A stretch of 64,000 nt of DNA from Podarcis tiliguerta (taxonomy: Eukaryota). Positions within the stretch are counted from its first letter, which is position 1; the number at the start of each line of letters is the position of its first letter. The notes under the pieces were generated by a model, which saw only the letters and a list, made by a program, of their open reading frames with translations, was not told the origin of the DNA and made no database searches. The stretch is taken from NCBI GenBank assembly GCA_965153285.1, contig OZ229122.1. One strand, 5' to 3'. The position numbers and the translations under genes are program-made. Positions 1 to 13,500 of this stretch are shown here, one piece after another.

Positions 1-733
1 GAATGTGCCACACGGCTTCTGTTTTGAGTTTCCCTACTGTATTGAGGCTTCAACTTTCAGGTTTTAAACGTTTTGGAAGTCAAACAGTCTTCTAGAATGG
101 ATTACATTTCAAAAACTGAGGTTCCATTGTACATATATACATTACAAGTACATTAACCATTACAAGTCAGTTCTCTTAGGACTTCCCAGTCCATCTCTCC
201 ATGGCATTCCATTCAAACTTTATTAGGCAGTGTACATGTTATTCTCAGGAGACCCAACCATCCAGGCACTGAGGAGACCCAGCCCTCCTTAACTTCAGTA
301 AGGTGGCAGCTCATGTATATTAGACCATACCTGGGGAGCTGCCATGTATTCTTTTTCCCACTAGAAAAAGGCAGCTGCCTGTACAGTTTGGCGAATGACT
401 TGAAAAAGACCGTTTACAATTTTGCAGAGCCTAAAAACGGGAGTTCTACAGTCCTCCAAGCACAGAATTGGTCACAAGATTCCAGTTCTGTGATCAAGTT
501 GCCTCTTTGCCATAATTTTTCCAGGGTATGCCTGTTGATTGAGCACTATTCTACCCATCTCTTAAAAATGCAACTAGGCTCTCTGAGATGGGGCTGGTGG
601 GATGGTTTGTGTTTGATAGAGGGGTAAGGGAACATTTTTAGATAGGGCTGTATGTTTGGGGGACAAGCTCATCTAGGTCTTGGGGGGCACTGCAGTAATT
701 GCTAAAGGATCTTGGCTTGTTTCTTGGTGGCAG

Positions 734-924
734 GTGCACGGATGGTGCGTGAGCTCTTTGTCATGGCCCGGGAGCACGCTCCCTCCATTATCTTCATGGA
801 TGAGATTGATTCCATTGGCTCCTCCCGTCTGGAGGGTGGCTCTGGTGGGGACAGCGAGGTTCAGCGCACCATGTTAGAACTGCTCAACCAGCTTGATGGT
901 TTTGAGGCCACCAAGAATATCAAG
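734..924 (+). CDS. PSMC5: 26S proteasome regulatory subunit 8 (Rpt6), internal coding exon (Walker B region); gene begins before the window
   Basis: AG|..|GT flanks; translates (G)[63 protein letters not shown]. Confidence 0.98.
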
Positions 925-1299
925 GTATGTTGTGAAAGGGACAGAATCCACACTTTCCCATCATTCTGTGGATTATGCACAGGAACGTAGTTCATATAAT
1001 TGATGAAGTTTGAAGAATGTTGCTCTTCTTGGCATATATGTTTTTAAAGAAATACATAATTTGAACCTAGATTGCACTTAAGGCTATGAAACCTTGCTAC
1101 CAAACTATAGAGAGACAGAAGTGGAGGAGGAGGCAGAGGAATCTGGCTGCAGGAGAAGAGAAGTAATAGGTGGCTTGGGGAAGAACGTTTACTGTGGTCT
1201 GTTGAAGGGTAGCGGGGATAGATGTAGCATCTGCTGGTATTTATTAGCCAAAACACTGCATATAGGATTCTAGTGAAATGCTCTTTTTGTCCTGTTTAG

Positions 1300-1669
<370 letters not shown>

Positions 1670-1809
1670 TAGCAAGCTTGCGTCTGAGAATTCTGCTCCC
1701 CAAGTTTGGCACCCCTTCTCTAACTACCACATGCAGCATTAAGGATCATTTGATTATCAAGGCTTGCTAGAGATAACACTTTTTGAGGTTTGTATGTTTG
1801 CATCAGTGA

Positions 1810-2316
<507 letters not shown>

Positions 2317-2695
2317 TAAGGTGCTGCAGAGATTAAATGAAGGAGTGGGTAATAGTGGGGACCTTATAGTGTAGTCACTTGTTACATTAAGGCTGTACTT
2401 TTACAGAGAAAGCCTATGTGGTTTGTTCCAGGGCAGGGTAGACATTACAAAAAGAAAAAAAAAGCCCACATCCATTTTTGTTGTGGGAGGGATATGGAAG
2501 GAATAGTGAGAGTTTAATGCATGTATTCAGGGTGGGATTGGAGCTGAGACTTCATCTTGTCCAACAGGTAGTATACAAAAAGGTTACTAAATTGTGTAGA
2601 ATTTGGGTAGCCATTTAACTGCTTGGAAGTTTTATCTCTTCTACTGACCTTTTTGCCTTTCTGACTTGATTTCTAATGTTCTTTCTCTTTGGCAG

Positions 2696-2749
2696 GTTAT
2701 GCAAAAAGACAGTGAGAAGAATATGTCTATCAAGAAGCTGTGGAAATAA
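2696..2749 (+). CDS. PSMC5: PSMC5 terminal coding exon
   Basis: VMQKDSEKNMSIKKLWK-TAA, the diagnostic Rpt6 C-terminus; pyrimidine-rich acceptor. Confidence 0.98.
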   Translation, partial: VMQKDSEKNMSIKKLWK

Positions 2750-2831
2750 GTTGCTGCCCCTACCCAAGCAAGTGAATTCCGACCTCATTCTCCACTGTAA
2801 TCTTTACACCCCAATGTCCTTCCCCCCTCTT

Positions 2832-2837
2832 AATAAA
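2832..2837 (+). terminator. PSMC5 polyadenylation signal
   Basis: AATAAA 83 nt after the stop codon, followed by GT-rich sequence. Confidence 0.8.
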
Positions 2838-4217
2838 ACTTAATATTAACAGTTGTGCTTGTAAATAGAGGAAGGAGAAGCAAGCACAGAAATTTGTGCT
2901 TAAAGACTTATCTGTTCCTCCAGTTCTACAGAAAATTAGCTCCCAGAAGCAGAGTCTTTTGGTACAATAGATATCACTCCACTGACTGTGGGAAGGTAAC
3001 ATTTTGAAGCACTGTTAAGGCCCAAGGTCAAATAGCTTTATTTGAAAAGCCTCTTTAATGCCATTCTTAATTGAATGCTATGTTAAACACCTTAAGTGTT
3101 GGTATTTCCCAGTGTATCTTTTCCCCAAATCATGATGAGTGGGCTTGTGAGTCTTTCGACCCATCAAATATCAATTCTCTGTCCTAGAACCCTTATAGGG
3201 TTGGTATGAAAAGAGAACCACTGAGAGATTATGATTTATCATGATCTGTATGAAACAGTGTTATTGTTCAAGGAAGCCTGTCTTTGGAGCACTCAACTAG
3301 AAATTGCGATCAAGAGAAATTTTAAAGTGAACTGATTAAATTTGCTGGCCTCGGACTGTTACTCAGATCACACATTTCTATAATTCGGTGTCATTTTAGA
3401 CAAATATGTGCAAGGGTGAGGAACCTGTGCCCTTCCAGATGTTGAGTGGCAGTTCTCATTGGCTCCAGCCAGCATGCCTCAAAAGGAGGAGTCCAACATC
3501 TGGAGCACCACAGGCTACCACTACAAGGCTGCTATACAGCTAAAAAGAAATGGCATTCAGTAGCTAGATTTTGTTACATATAATTTTTGAGTGCTAAAAT
3601 GAAGCTGCGTAAAATAAATCTTGGAAAAAAATAATGTATACTAGGTTCCCAAGTGCTTCAAAGTGGGCAAATTTAAAGAAGTAGCTTGTTGTGAGACAGC
3701 AGGCCTACTTCTCTCCATTCTTCCACCTCCAAAAGCCAGAGCGCAGAAAGGTGGCAAGGGTGCAGCAATTAGCTGGAGACCTACTCCAAAGAACTAGTTG
3801 TCTGAAATTTTCACATTACAGAAAAAATTGTCACACTGTGGTAGCCAGAACTTGTCTGCTTTGTAGAGATTCTCGCAATGAATTTGGTATTCCATGTGAT
3901 ACTTGTTCAACTGGACCTTGAGTGTAAGAGCTTATAAGTTACTTGTGTCTCACTTACAGCATGGCAGTGAACCTTGCATAAGCAGAGCAAGGATGTGGCA
4001 GCTGTGGTCCATTGGATATCACTGGCACCCTAATTCGCATCAGCCCTAACCATCAGGGCCAAAGATGATGGGCGCTGCAGCTCAACAACGCCTGGTGAAC
4101 CACAGTTCCCTCATCCTGCTAGAGCTGAAAGGTACATCTGCTCCTCGAGAGCAGCCTCCGTTGTAGGGCAGAAGAGAAATCAGGCAAGCTTAATTCAAGC
4201 TGCTGCTTAAGAGTACT

Positions 4218-4223
4218 TTTATT
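4218..4223 (-). terminator. Probable SMARCD2 polyadenylation signal (3' UTR about 4200-5105)
   Basis: TTTATT on + strand = AATAAA on - strand, about 880 nt past the SMARCD2 stop codon. Confidence 0.6.
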
Positions 4224-5105
4224 AGAAAACATTCAACATAGAAACTGGTAACATTCTTGTTCATAGTGAGTGAACATCCCATCAGCTCCTACTTGGCCAA
4301 CTACATCTCGAGAGGAGGACCATAAAGCAAGGAGGATATATTCTAGATTTAAGTGCCGAGGGGCCAGGAGCTTGGGGACTGAAGGCACTTGGGGTGGGGG
4401 GTGGCAAGAAGGCTCAAGCAAATCTCCCCTTGGCTGGTGGCCTCAAATGTTTCCTGCAGTACATGTGGCCTTGACCGAAGAGGAACAGGTCTCCACTATT
4501 CACTTTTTAAACTTCGTGCTGGAGAACCATGGAAGAAATATCAACTGATTGTCATTAACAGAACAGCAAAACAAACAAACCCCTCTTCAGAACCATGCTG
4601 TTTCAGAGGGAGGAAGGGCACCAATACATAGTAACAACAAACTTCCCGTTGCAAAAAAAACCAAACCTGCTCCCAAAAAAAGAGATAGTGCAAAGACTAA
4701 ATGCCAGCAAGCAAGGCTGACAGTTTGGAATGGATGAAGCTTTGGTTAAAAATTGAGCAGCAGTAGCAGCCACCCAACATTGCAAGGGAGGCTGCCGAGA
4801 CTCAGCTAAGAGGTAGAAGGCAACTCAAAAATTCCCAGTGTCCCAGAGGCAAAGCGCATAGGAAGGGTAAAGGGTGGGGGGTCTGAGGAAGGAGAGGAGC
4901 TCACTTTTCTCTCTAAAGGAGGTTTTAAGCCTTGTTTAATCCCCAGGTGGATACTGAATAAGCTTCCCCCCTATCCCCAAATGAGACAGTGGGGCAGAAC
5001 TCCCCCGGCCCCGATAGAGGCAGAGGATTTTGGACAAGCATTGCCTGGCTGCTGGTCCATTCCAAAGTACCACAAGGTGTAGAAGGGGTGCTGAAGGTGG
5101 CAGCG

Positions 5106-5159
5106 CTAGGTAAGGCGAACGCCAAGCACTTGTTCCAGTTCTTGTCTGCGCTGCTGAAC
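5106..5159 (-). CDS. SMARCD2: SMARCD2 (BAF60B) exon 13, terminal
   Basis: VQQRRQELEQVLGVRLT-TAG. Confidence 0.97.
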   Translation of the reverse strand, partial: VQQRRQELEQVLGVRLT

Positions 5160-5549
5160 CTGGAAGATACAAGACGGTCACAGTGATGAGCAGGAGCAAA
5201 TAAGCACAGCCAGGCATACGTTTTGCCTCCCATGGCAGAAGCACAGTGAGGCCTTTCTTGCTTTCCAAGGGCAAGAGTCTGATTCTCAGGTGTACAATCA
5301 CTGAGGAAAGTAAATGGGAGAAGAACGGAGCAAGTGGAGGCTGTAGATCACTTGCTGGGATCAGCTGTTAAGCAGCAGTACAAAAGGAATCCAGGGAAGG
5401 GGCAAAAAGAAAGCCAGAAAGGCGATTATTGGGGTGTGGGGATGTGCTGGAACTGAAAATAACATCCTCCCTCCATGGCCAAGTCCAGGTTGGGAAGATG
5501 CCGCGTGACTTTAAATAATAGGGAATGCCATATAATAGCCTCTTCAAAC

Positions 5550-5651
5550 CTTGGCAAAGATGTGTCTCCCAACAGCCTCCTGCATCCACGGTTGTTGGTA
5601 GAACTCCGCCCGCCTCTCCTCTTCAGGGTTCCCAACCACATCGGTGATGAT
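5550..5651 (-). CDS. SMARCD2: SMARCD2 exon 12
   Basis: [34 protein letters not shown]; AG/GT. Confidence 0.97.
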
Positions 5652-6605
5652 CTAGAGCAAAATGGGGGGAAAGGGAAAGCTATTTCCTGTGCTGCCAATG
5701 TTCAGAGAGTTTCAAAACGGAGACCACAGCAAGATTACTAAAACTGCCTTGTTCAGTGTCACTATAACCCAGCAATGTGCGCAACAGGCCAATGAGATGC
5801 TCACAAACATGGCATTGGTATCTCTTAGTTTCAAAATTTCCAGCTGGAATACATCAATGATTTACTTTGCACATTTCTGCCAGAATCAAAACGTTCCTGA
5901 ATTCTTTTAACTGGCAAAGGGGGAAGGGATAGACCAGGTGGACAAATGACAGGGAACATGTTAGACATGGCTTACATATAGGGAATTGGGCTGAGCACGG
6001 AGAGAGACTAACATCAAAGGCCTGGGCATTCCCACTGTCTTGTCCTACAAGGGTCACAAGCGGGAATATAACTTAATGGGAACCCAGTGTTGCTTTTGTG
6101 GAACACAGAGATCTTTGGCCTTGCATTTGTGCTATTTTTATTTCTGTGCCAAGCTTTTATTTGCTCTTGTGTTTACTTTTGCTGTTGCATTTGGCCATTT
6201 TCCCCCTGTTCCATGGATTAGTGTGCTTGCATATTAATACTGATTATTTCCAAGTGTTCATATCTGAATTATATTTATTGCTCTTCATTTGTTATGTCAT
6301 GAGATGCCTTGGGAACAATCTTGTGGAAAAGCAAGATGCAAATAAATGAATGACTTCGGGTGCAGCGAGTGGTCTGGGAGCATGTGAAGCTGTAGAAGCT
6401 GTAGCACCGAAGCTGCGTCATGCAAGAGGAGCCCCAGCACTACCATGCATACCCTTATGCTACAATCCTATACACACACATCCCTGGGGGTAAGCTCCAT
6501 TGAACTCACTGGGATTTCCTTCTGGGCAGACATTCATAGAATTGTGCGGATAGTCCTTTTGCACACCCCTACCTGGTTTCTTCAGAGCCCAGCCCCTAAA
6601 TTTAC

Positions 6606-6728
6606 CTTCAAGTCCCTCTGCTGAGATCTGATCCACTCCTGGATGAAGTCCTGGGGATTGTTGCTGAAACTCAGCATAAAATCTCGCTGTGTCTTCAGCT
6701 GGTTGATCGACTCAATGGTTTCATGGAT
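6606..6728 (-). CDS. SMARCD2: SMARCD2 exon 11
   Basis: [41 protein letters not shown]. Confidence 0.97.
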
Positions 6729-8039
6729 CTAAATGTGAATAAAAGATATAGGGGGTTCTGATGAAGGAAAAGAAGTGCTCCTCAAACTGAGTAAGTCCTG
6801 ACTACTGATTCAGGAGCCTGCAGGTTTGGGCCAGCACAGGGCGACAGGGAAGAAAGCAGTAGAGACAGAAGTATGACATTTGGAGGTAAGAGTAATGGAA
6901 GCACTTTCCACCATAAAGCAATGGCTTCATGTTGCCTGACAATTTGGGGTAGGGAAGGAAGACCTAAAGAGAAAGGAGTATCAGATATAGACACAAAGTA
7001 TTGGAAAGATTAAGTGCCTAGTTTTCTATATCGTTTAACTTCCTCTCAAGCCTGCCCTCCTTTCTTTGTTCCGCCATAATCGCCAGCCCTTCAGGCACAG
7101 TCTCTCCCCACCCCCAGGTCTATGTGCATTCACTGTAATTTTTACTAACCCCTTAGGCTAGAGCAAGCTATATAACCAGAGTTCTAGAATGAGGATCCCC
7201 GCTATTTTTTTTTTGCAGTACAATACTTTTGCAAATTAGGTTAGCATGCTTAGTCAGCAATGATTATGCAATGGGTTTGCATAATTTTGCAGATGGGAGA
7301 AAGTAGAAAAAAGGTGGGAGGAAGAGAGCAAGATAAGGAAAAAATGTATAGAGTAAGGACTGGATGGTTTTGGAGGTGAGATGTTCTGCTGCCATCACTG
7401 GTCTCTGTCAGAGCTAGAAACCTTGTTTAAATCCCACTCCCAAAATCAACTCCATGTTCTGAACACTCTGAATCCAATCTGTCATGGGTTCTGTTGGTTG
7501 CCATGCAGATTCCTAGCCCACCTGTTTACAAACAGCAAGAAGAGAGCCAGCCATCTGCCTAGACTTCCAACTCTCCAGATGCCAGTCTTTTCACAGCTTG
7601 CCAACTGGCTCCTCCCCATTCCCCCTGCTCCTAAGAGACCAAATCCTACCTACTTGCTGTGTAACAGAGTCAATGCTTTTCTAATACCTCCCAAAAAAGA
7701 ATTCAGAATTTCAGATTATACAAAACTACTTCAATATGTAGGAAAACAAGACGTGCAGCCTACTCAACAAAAATGGGACAACTTGCACAACCTTGCTTTA
7801 CTTGCACTGTTTATTGCAAGTACAGAATTTGAAATTAATACAAAATATTAGATTGCCAAAGCCAGGTTGGATGGGTAAATGTCGCACAATCTTGAAAACA
7901 GGTAGAGGCATCCCCTGCTTATATTTTGGGGATAGGCTGAGTGCCCCTGCAGGGCAAGGCGAGCATTACAGCACCCCCAAAGTTTGTGAGGTGGTTTGCT
8001 TGATTCTGCTTCCTGCCCCAATGGTCACCAGGGACCTAC

Positions 8040-8175
8040 CTTGACATCCAGGGAGGCAATTTCCTGCTGGTTGGTAGTGGAGGCCAAGAAGTTGCTCATT
8101 TGGGCCTTCAAGGGGTCATCCACTTCCACATCAATGTCGTAACAGGCAGTCTTCTTCTGGTCATTAGGGTCCACA
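8040..8175 (-). CDS. SMARCD2: SMARCD2 exon 10
   Basis: (S)[45 protein letters not shown]. Confidence 0.97.
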
Positions 8176-9178
8176 CTGGAGGGGTGGGTAGGGACAGGAG
8201 GCTGGGATGAAGGCTGAGAATCTACATCTCCCCAAGAGCTGTTCCTTCACCAGCACCCCACAAACATTAGGGTTAGGAATTGACTCTCTCATACCCAACT
8301 GCCCCTGAGGGCTTCAACAGAGGAGAAACAGAGTAATCTGAATGGCAGGGGAACACCCAAATTAGGATGCACAAATACATATGAATCCAAGGAAACTAAT
8401 ACAGCATGTTCCAAAAATATTTTTATTTATTTGCAGTATGCATATGCTGCCTTTCCTGGACTCAAGGAAGAATTATAATATAGAAATTAAAGCAGACAAT
8501 GAAACCACATCATAGCAATGATAGCAGGAAAACACATCAACCTCAGAAAGTAAAATAAATGGACCTCACAGTCTTTTCAAAAGGATACTACAGAAAAACT
8601 AATATTTTTTAGGCTTGAAACTAGTTCTGACACACACGCACACACAAAAACCACATTTATATATGCTGCTCCAGTGGCAGAAATCTCCCATCACTTCCTA
8701 GATACATCAACAGCATCTCCTTCAGATGCCCTGGAGAAGTACTCCACCCTACCCTGATACTAATTTTTATAAATATTTATTGTTTATCTTCTCAAACAGT
8801 TCTATGAAGCAAGCCAACATTATTCCCATTTCACAGATGGGAACTCAAGAAGCACATGGCTTGTCCCAAGGCCAAATATGATTGTCCATGGAAGAGGTGG
8901 GGTCCCCCCACATATTACCATGATTGAGATTATACTATCTCCCCTTTCTCTCTCTGATGGAAGCTGCATTCCAGAGAGAGATAACAACCAATCGGAGCAC
9001 AGATCTTCAGATCTGAAACCCTCCAGGTGTTGCAGGACTCCATCTCCCATTGTCGCCAGCCACCAAGGCCACCGATCAGGAATGATGGGAGTTACAGGCC
9101 ACCAACATCGGTAGCCCCAGGTTCCCACCCCTGAATTAAGAGCTTGCTCAGGTTCAGCTCCTGCCATGCCAGTCCTAC

Positions 9179-9276
9179 CTGATCACATGGTTGATAACAA
9201 TGGGATCTGGATGTTGCAGGAGCCCCGCCAGCTTCATGGGGATCTCAGAGAATCGCATGCGGATGCAGCCAAAGAT
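9179..9276 (-). CDS. SMARCD2: SMARCD2 exon 9 (SWIB domain, C-terminal part)
   Basis: [32 protein letters not shown](S). Confidence 0.97.
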
Positions 9277-9380
9277 CTAGAATGGATAAAGAGAGCATGC
9301 CATGAATAAGCCCTGAGGCAAAGGGTGGGGTGGGAAGTAAGAAGAGATGGGGCAGGGAGGCAAGCCGTGTATTTCCTGAC

Positions 9381-9542
9381 CTGGCGAAAGTATCGGTTGC
9401 AGTTGATGTACTCTCGCTCATGACTGTCCTGGAGCTTGTTGTGCTTGATGTAGAGCCACAGGGCCTGCATGATGCTGGCCCGAGTCTGGGTGTGAACACC
9501 CAGAAGGCGAGCCAAACGGGGATCCAGCTTGTACTGGGGAGG
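9381..9542 (-). CDS. SMARCD2: SMARCD2 exon 8 (SWIB/MDM2 domain)
   Basis: [54 protein letters not shown]. Confidence 0.98.
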
Positions 9543-10201
9543 CTGCAAGGGTAATATTGCCTGGTTAATATGCACTTGAAGTAGGGTCCTCTGTAACCTC
9601 AGACCAATCTGAGTGTTGCAACCTGCTTGCATCTCCAAATCAGGAATGATTAATGGAACCCATCTGAATAACCGTCAAGAGAGAGAGACGATCTGTAGCC
9701 ATGTGGTTATCCCAGGCGGACTCTGGCCAGGCCTCCGAACCACCCACCCCACCCACCAGTTCTAATCCATAAGCAGAAACATTCATGAAAAGGAAGTCTG
9801 TTTTCATACTGCAAATGAATTACAGTCAACAGAAAGTCTGCAAGAGCACCAGCCTCTGAACCCAGTGCCTTCTAATTCTCAGTTCTATCTTCATAGTCCT
9901 ACTTGGGCTGGAAACTTACTTTTTAAATCACAAGCACTGAGATTAATAGGAATCCAAACTCAGCACAATACTATGGTATCCTCAAGAAGGAGAACAGCTG
10001 TACATATAGCTGGAGGAAGTAAAGCCACACGATTTGTGATAATAAAATATGGAGAAAGAAGCTTCTGATCTAGTACTGCTGTATCTCTTCCCATCTCAAA
10101 GCTGGATTGTGCCATGAAAGTAATGTGGTTGGGAACCTGATAATTTCAGGGCACTACAACTCGCCTGCTCTCACCACCTACTGGCGCTTGTTCCCTGTTA
10201 C

Positions 10202-10303
10202 CTGATGATCCAGCATGAGCAGAAGGGTGCATTTCACATTGACATCGCCCGGGCGCTTGACTTGGAAGCCATCTGTCTCTTGGGTTGTGGCCATCCGGTG
10301 CCA
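10202..10303 (-). CDS. SMARCD2: SMARCD2 exon 7
   Basis: [34 protein letters not shown]. Confidence 0.97.
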
Positions 10304-11173
10304 CTGAGAGGGGGAAAGCCATATTGAGATAGTGCAAGACAAACATGGGGAACAAACTGGTTCATTTTACCACACAGTAGCTGATATTTTAATGGTTGGT
10401 TTTCATGTTTTACCCTTGCTCTTCTAATCAGGTGGGGTTACAGAAGTTTTTATACTATTATCATCTCAAATATCAACAGAACACAGATGGGAAACAGCCC
10501 AGCCTTATCCACTGCCCTTACTCCATCCCCGGTAGCTGAAGGAACTATGCAAGCCTCTCCAATGCTGTTCAATTAATCCAAAAGCACTTTAAATGAAGTC
10601 ACTGAGACTGCCAAATATCGCAGTTCTAACAATGCTGTAAAAAGGCACTGAAGACACTTCAATAGCACCTGTGCTAAAGGAAAGTTCTTTTTTTATTTGT
10701 ATACATGATGTCAATCTTATGGACACACACACTCGGGAACCTTTAACTACAGTAAGTGTGCCGTTATGTGTCTATGTTGTGTGAAGTGGTGGAGATCACC
10801 ATATACAAAGGCTTCTCTAGGAATACTAGCACAGGGCTCCACACAGACAGTGAGTAAACTGTTGGTTTGGACATGGGAGATGCAGTCATTAAGCTCCCAT
10901 GGTAGCACAGAACCTAGTTTACCAAACAGGTTTGCGGTGAAGATAACCGAGACAGTACTGGAAGCATTCTGTATGCAATGGGAAGTTCTACAGAAATGAA
11001 CACTGGTTATTGGTGGAGGGAACAGAACTTAGCTGGATAAAACCCCATGATGCCAGTACATAGCTCATCTTAAACCAAATCCAGGAACACCATCTGACCC
11101 CTCCTTGGAAACTGTTCTCTCCAGCAATTATGATTCCCGGACCTGATCAATCATCTGCAAATGAGGCCTATCA

Positions 11174-11452
<279 letters not shown>

Positions 11453-12398
11453 CTAAAAGTGAAGGACAAACAAGCGGGGCCAACTCTGCCAATGAGGGAC
11501 TTCATTTAGCTTGCGCAATGTTGGGAGCAATACAGCCACTACTGACATCATCACTGTTATTGTGCTTTTCTGAATAAAATGAGGGCCCTTCTATGAGACT
11601 GGGGAGAAAGAAGCTCTGGAAGAACTGGGAATTTTATAAAGTCTACATTCCATGAAGGTTGCCAGTTAAATGAGGAACGGTCCTTAGTGTTGTGGAGTCT
11701 GAAATAACGGACTTCTGCTATGTTCTTCAGCAATGAGATCATTTGGATCCTTTCAATTAGATTTGTCAATCCAAACTCTGGGAGGTGGGGATTTATGGTG
11801 CTAACATGCGGCCAAGTTGAAAGGGAAACATCAAACTGTCTTTTTCCAGAAGGGAGTCGGAAGAGCTAAAACAAATAACTGTATCAAGAGATGAAGTTCC
11901 AGGTCTTAATGACAATTAAAAATTAGCAAATTATCATGTCCATATAGTATATACCCAAGAATTCTTAAGGAACTCAAATATGACCAAACAAAAATACGTA
12001 ACTTGCCCCTGGAATCAGCTACTGCAGTCAACAAAAGACGTAATTTTTAAAAAATGAATGGGCAGGGGGCAGGTTCCAGGAAACTCCTGCTGAGAAACAA
12101 CAGCAGGAGAGCTCTATTGCCCTCATGTCCGCTTGTTCGCTTTCTATAGGCATCTGGTTGGCTACAGTGGGAAACAGGATGTTGAACTAGATAGGTTTTG
12201 GTTTGCACAAGCAGGACAAGGTGAAGGGAAGACACACAAGACGACTCCTGTATGGAGCTGGCTAGCTGAGATAATTGGGTGCGCCCATGTGTGCATGTAT
12301 GAGTGATATAGGGGGTTTACCCTGAACCAATCTCCAGGGAAGCCTACATCAGCCACTTTCCACAAAGCTACCTATCAGCAGGGATGTTTCAGCCTTAC

Positions 12399-12518
12399 AT
12401 CGTCTAAGAGTTTGCCTTCCACACGAAGTTCCCATGAAGCTATGCGTTCACTGCCTTCAGAGTCTTCCTTGCCAGGCGTAAAGGTATTGGAGATGTAAAT
12501 GCGAAGCTTCCGCTTTTG
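12399..12518 (-). CDS. SMARCD2: SMARCD2 exon 5
   Basis: [40 protein letters not shown]. Confidence 0.97.
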
Positions 12519-12752
12519 CTGAAGTTTGGAGAGAAACATTCACTAAGGACAGCAATAGGATCAATTCAACCACACACCAATTCCTTTCCACAGGTCTGGT
12601 CCTTCTTCCCAAGGCAATCTGAGCTGGCCGTGTAAGTTGCTTCTATAACTGAAGCCTCAGACTGCCAAGGAACACCCCAAAGGAACTGATCCTTTCGCTT
12701 TCTCCATCCCTGAAGGACTTGACTAACTCAGTCTCCTTCCATCCCTCCTCAC

Positions 12753-12875
12753 CGTCAAAGGTTTCTTGATTGCCTCCTGGATTTCCATCCTCTTGCGGGC
12801 AATTGTCTGGTCCAGCTTGCGCTCAAAGGCCAGCAAATCCATGTAGGCCTGAGACTCTGGGACTAGTTCACGAAT
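12753..12875 (-). CDS. SMARCD2: SMARCD2 exon 4
   Basis: [41 protein letters not shown]. Confidence 0.97.
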
Positions 12876-13457
12876 CTGTGAAGACAGAGCCTATCAGAAT
12901 GCCATCTCTATCAAGACAAGCATCCTTTGCCTCTGAGTAATTACACAGAAGGGGAATTTCAATGTGTAAAATTATCCAAGATTTGTATCATGTTCCCCAT
13001 CATTCCCAGCACGAAGGCTGACCTATCCCTGCTCTGCATATCATTGGGAAAAGGGGACAATAAAGCTTTATGCCCCTTTAGCAAAGGGTCGATATCCTTC
13101 CATCTCACAATCACTATTGCCCTTTCTATGATTGTTTTGAGGATAATCAGTGAATTACTTTGCAAATTAAAGTTGATTAACAACTGTAATAATGGACTGG
13201 AATTCCCAGTGGGAACAGCTGTGACATATGCAGCAAAATCTTCCAACACCCTCTAAAATACTGGGTTTATTATCCTCCCATTCCACAACTACATAGGAAC
13301 AGCTCACTCAAAAAAACTGCACACCTGAATAATTTTTCAAGAAAGAGCTGGCATGGCCTTGAGCCCTGCAATCCATTTCTACCCATTTCCACCACATGTG
13401 CCTACTGCCTGCATCCTTCATTGAGGCCAAGAGCTCTCTCAGACAAGGAGCACTTAC

Positions 13458-13500
13458 CCTCTGTGGCAGGACCTTGTCTGCCATCTTCCTCCTTTTGAGC
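13458..13500 (-). CDS. SMARCD2: SMARCD2 exon 3
   Basis: (G)LKRRKMADKVLPQR; 43 bp; phase 2 to phase 0. Confidence 0.96.

Noticed and set aside
6455-6550. Recurrent ~90-bp hairpins (also near 18225, 26760, 29896, 39110, 40045, 48283, 55140) as miRNA precursors
   Set aside because: They look like diverged copies of one short palindromic interspersed repeat family, not distinct RNA genes.
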